Below the pieces are notes generated by a model that saw nothing but the letters and a program-made list of their open reading frames with translations, was not told the DNA's origin and did not search any database. A stretch of 47,915 nt of DNA. It comes from Chiloscyllium plagiosum (Eukaryota). Both the position numbers and the translations under genes were made by a program. Below, piece after piece: positions 46,774-47,915 of the stretch (position 1 is the stretch's first letter; each line of letters begins with the position of its first letter). The stretch is from positions 27,587,088-27,635,002 of the forward strand of contig NC_057718.1 of assembly GCF_004010195.1 (NCBI RefSeq), given 5' to 3'.

Positions 46774-47915
46774 ATGGAGGTAAATGGCAAGATAAGCAGC
46801 AGGATAGAATGTTTCCAGGCGGATTTAAAATTGAGGCAGACTGAGAATACAGTAAAAAGCAAGGATAACTTAGGACATATGACTTCCAACATCTCTAATG
46901 ATAAAGAAGTTAGCATTAAGGCACTTTACCAGAATGCTCGTAGCATTCGTGACAAAGTAGATGAACTAACAGCACAGATTATCGTGAATGATTATGATGT
47001 GGTAGGCATCACAGAGACTTGGTTACAGGGGGGTCAGGACTGGCAGTTAAACCTCCATGGTTTTTCAACTTATCAAAAAGACAGAGAGGTGGGCAGAGGG
47101 GGTGGGGTTGCCTTGTTAGTTAAGAACAAAATTAAATCTATGGTATTGAATGACATAGCGTCGGATGATGTGGAGTCTGTGTGGGTGGAATTGAGGAACC
47201 ACAAAGGCAAAAAAAACATAATTGGAGTTGTGTATAGACCCCCTAACAGTGGTCAGGACCAGGGACGCAACATGTACCGGGAAATAGAGAAGGAATGTCA
47301 GAAAGGCAAGGTTACATTGATCATGGGAGACTTCAATATGCAGGTGGACTGGGTAAATAATGTTGCCAGTGGATCTAAAGAAAGGGAATTCATGGAATGC
47401 TTACAGGATGGATTTTTGGAACAGCTTGTCATGGAGCCCACAAGAGAGCAGGCTATTCTGGACCTAATGCTTTGCAATGAACCAGACTCTATAAAAGATC
47501 TTAAAATAAGGGAACCCTTAGGAAGTAGCGACCATAATATGGTAGAGTACAGTCTGGAGTTTGAAAGGGAGAAGGCAAAATCGGATGTAATGGTGTTACA
47601 GTTAAATAAAGGTAATTATGAGGGCATGAGAGAGGAACTGACTAAAATAGACTGGAAGCAGAGGCTAACCGGGAAGACAGCAGAGCAAAAATGGCAGGAG
47701 TTTGTAGGTATAATTGAGGACACTGTACAGAGGATCACTCCCAAGAAAAGAAAGATTAACCGGGGAGGGATTAGACAACCTTGGCTGACAAAGGAAGTCA
47801 GGAAATGTATTAAAGAAAAAGAGAGATCCTATAAAGTGGCTAAGAACAGTGGGAAATCAGAAGATTGGGAAGGATACAAAAGCAAACAGAAGATAACAAA
47901 GAGTGTAATAAGAAA
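46774..47915 (+). CDS. CR1 ORF2, APE endonuclease and linker, open to the window edge
   Basis: No stop codon in about 380 codons. Motifs YQNARS, GITETW, GGGVALLV, YRPP, MGDFN, ILDL, SDH and PWLT. Confidence 0.92.
   Translation, partial: MEVNGKISSRIECFQADLKLRQTENTVKSKDNLGHMTSNISNDKEVSIKALYQNARSIRDKVDELTAQIIVNDYDVVGITETWLQGGQDWQLNLHGFSTYQKDREVGRGGGVALLVKNKIKSMVLNDIASDDVESVWVELRNHKGKKNIIGVVYRPPNSGQDQGRNMYREIEKECQKGKVTLIMGDFNMQVDWVNNVASGSKEREFMECLQDGFLEQLVMEPTREQAILDLMLCNEPDSIKDLKIREPLGSSDHNMVEYSLEFEREKAKSDVMVLQLNKGNYEGMREELTKIDWKQRLTGKTAEQKWQEFVGIIEDTVQRITPKKRKINRGGIRQPWLTKEVRKCIKEKERSYKVAKNSGKSEDWEGYKSKQKITKSVIR

Overview
Vertebrate genomic DNA, very probably from a shark (inferred from HE1/V-SINEs, Deu-type SINEs and abundant CR1 and Penelope elements). 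The minus strand carries the last nine coding exons of PPP1R21 (CCDC128, FERRY subunit 2), from 43695 to the TAA stop at 4492-4494, all with GT-AG boundaries and consistent phase. The introns are packed with transposons. The 18-kb intron holds a decayed endogenous retrovirus on the plus strand. It has a 5' LTR at 23637-26714 split by a SINE and an L1, a tRNA-Ser-like PBS, a CCHC knuckle, an in-frame UGA between gag and pro, and protease, RT, tether and RNase H. It is cut off at the start of integrase by a 20-bp minisatellite. At least four families of Penelope-type termini carry minimal type-I hammerhead ribozyme motifs, often as TSD-flanked palindromic mini-elements. One insertion duplicated a PPP1R21 splice donor, and another appears to bracket about 0.8 kb of cargo. 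A 26-bp minisatellite has expanded inside an old Penelope RT. A young CR1 (SGNH-esterase ORF1, open endonuclease ORF2) runs off the right end. All family assignments come from motif recognition, not from database searches.
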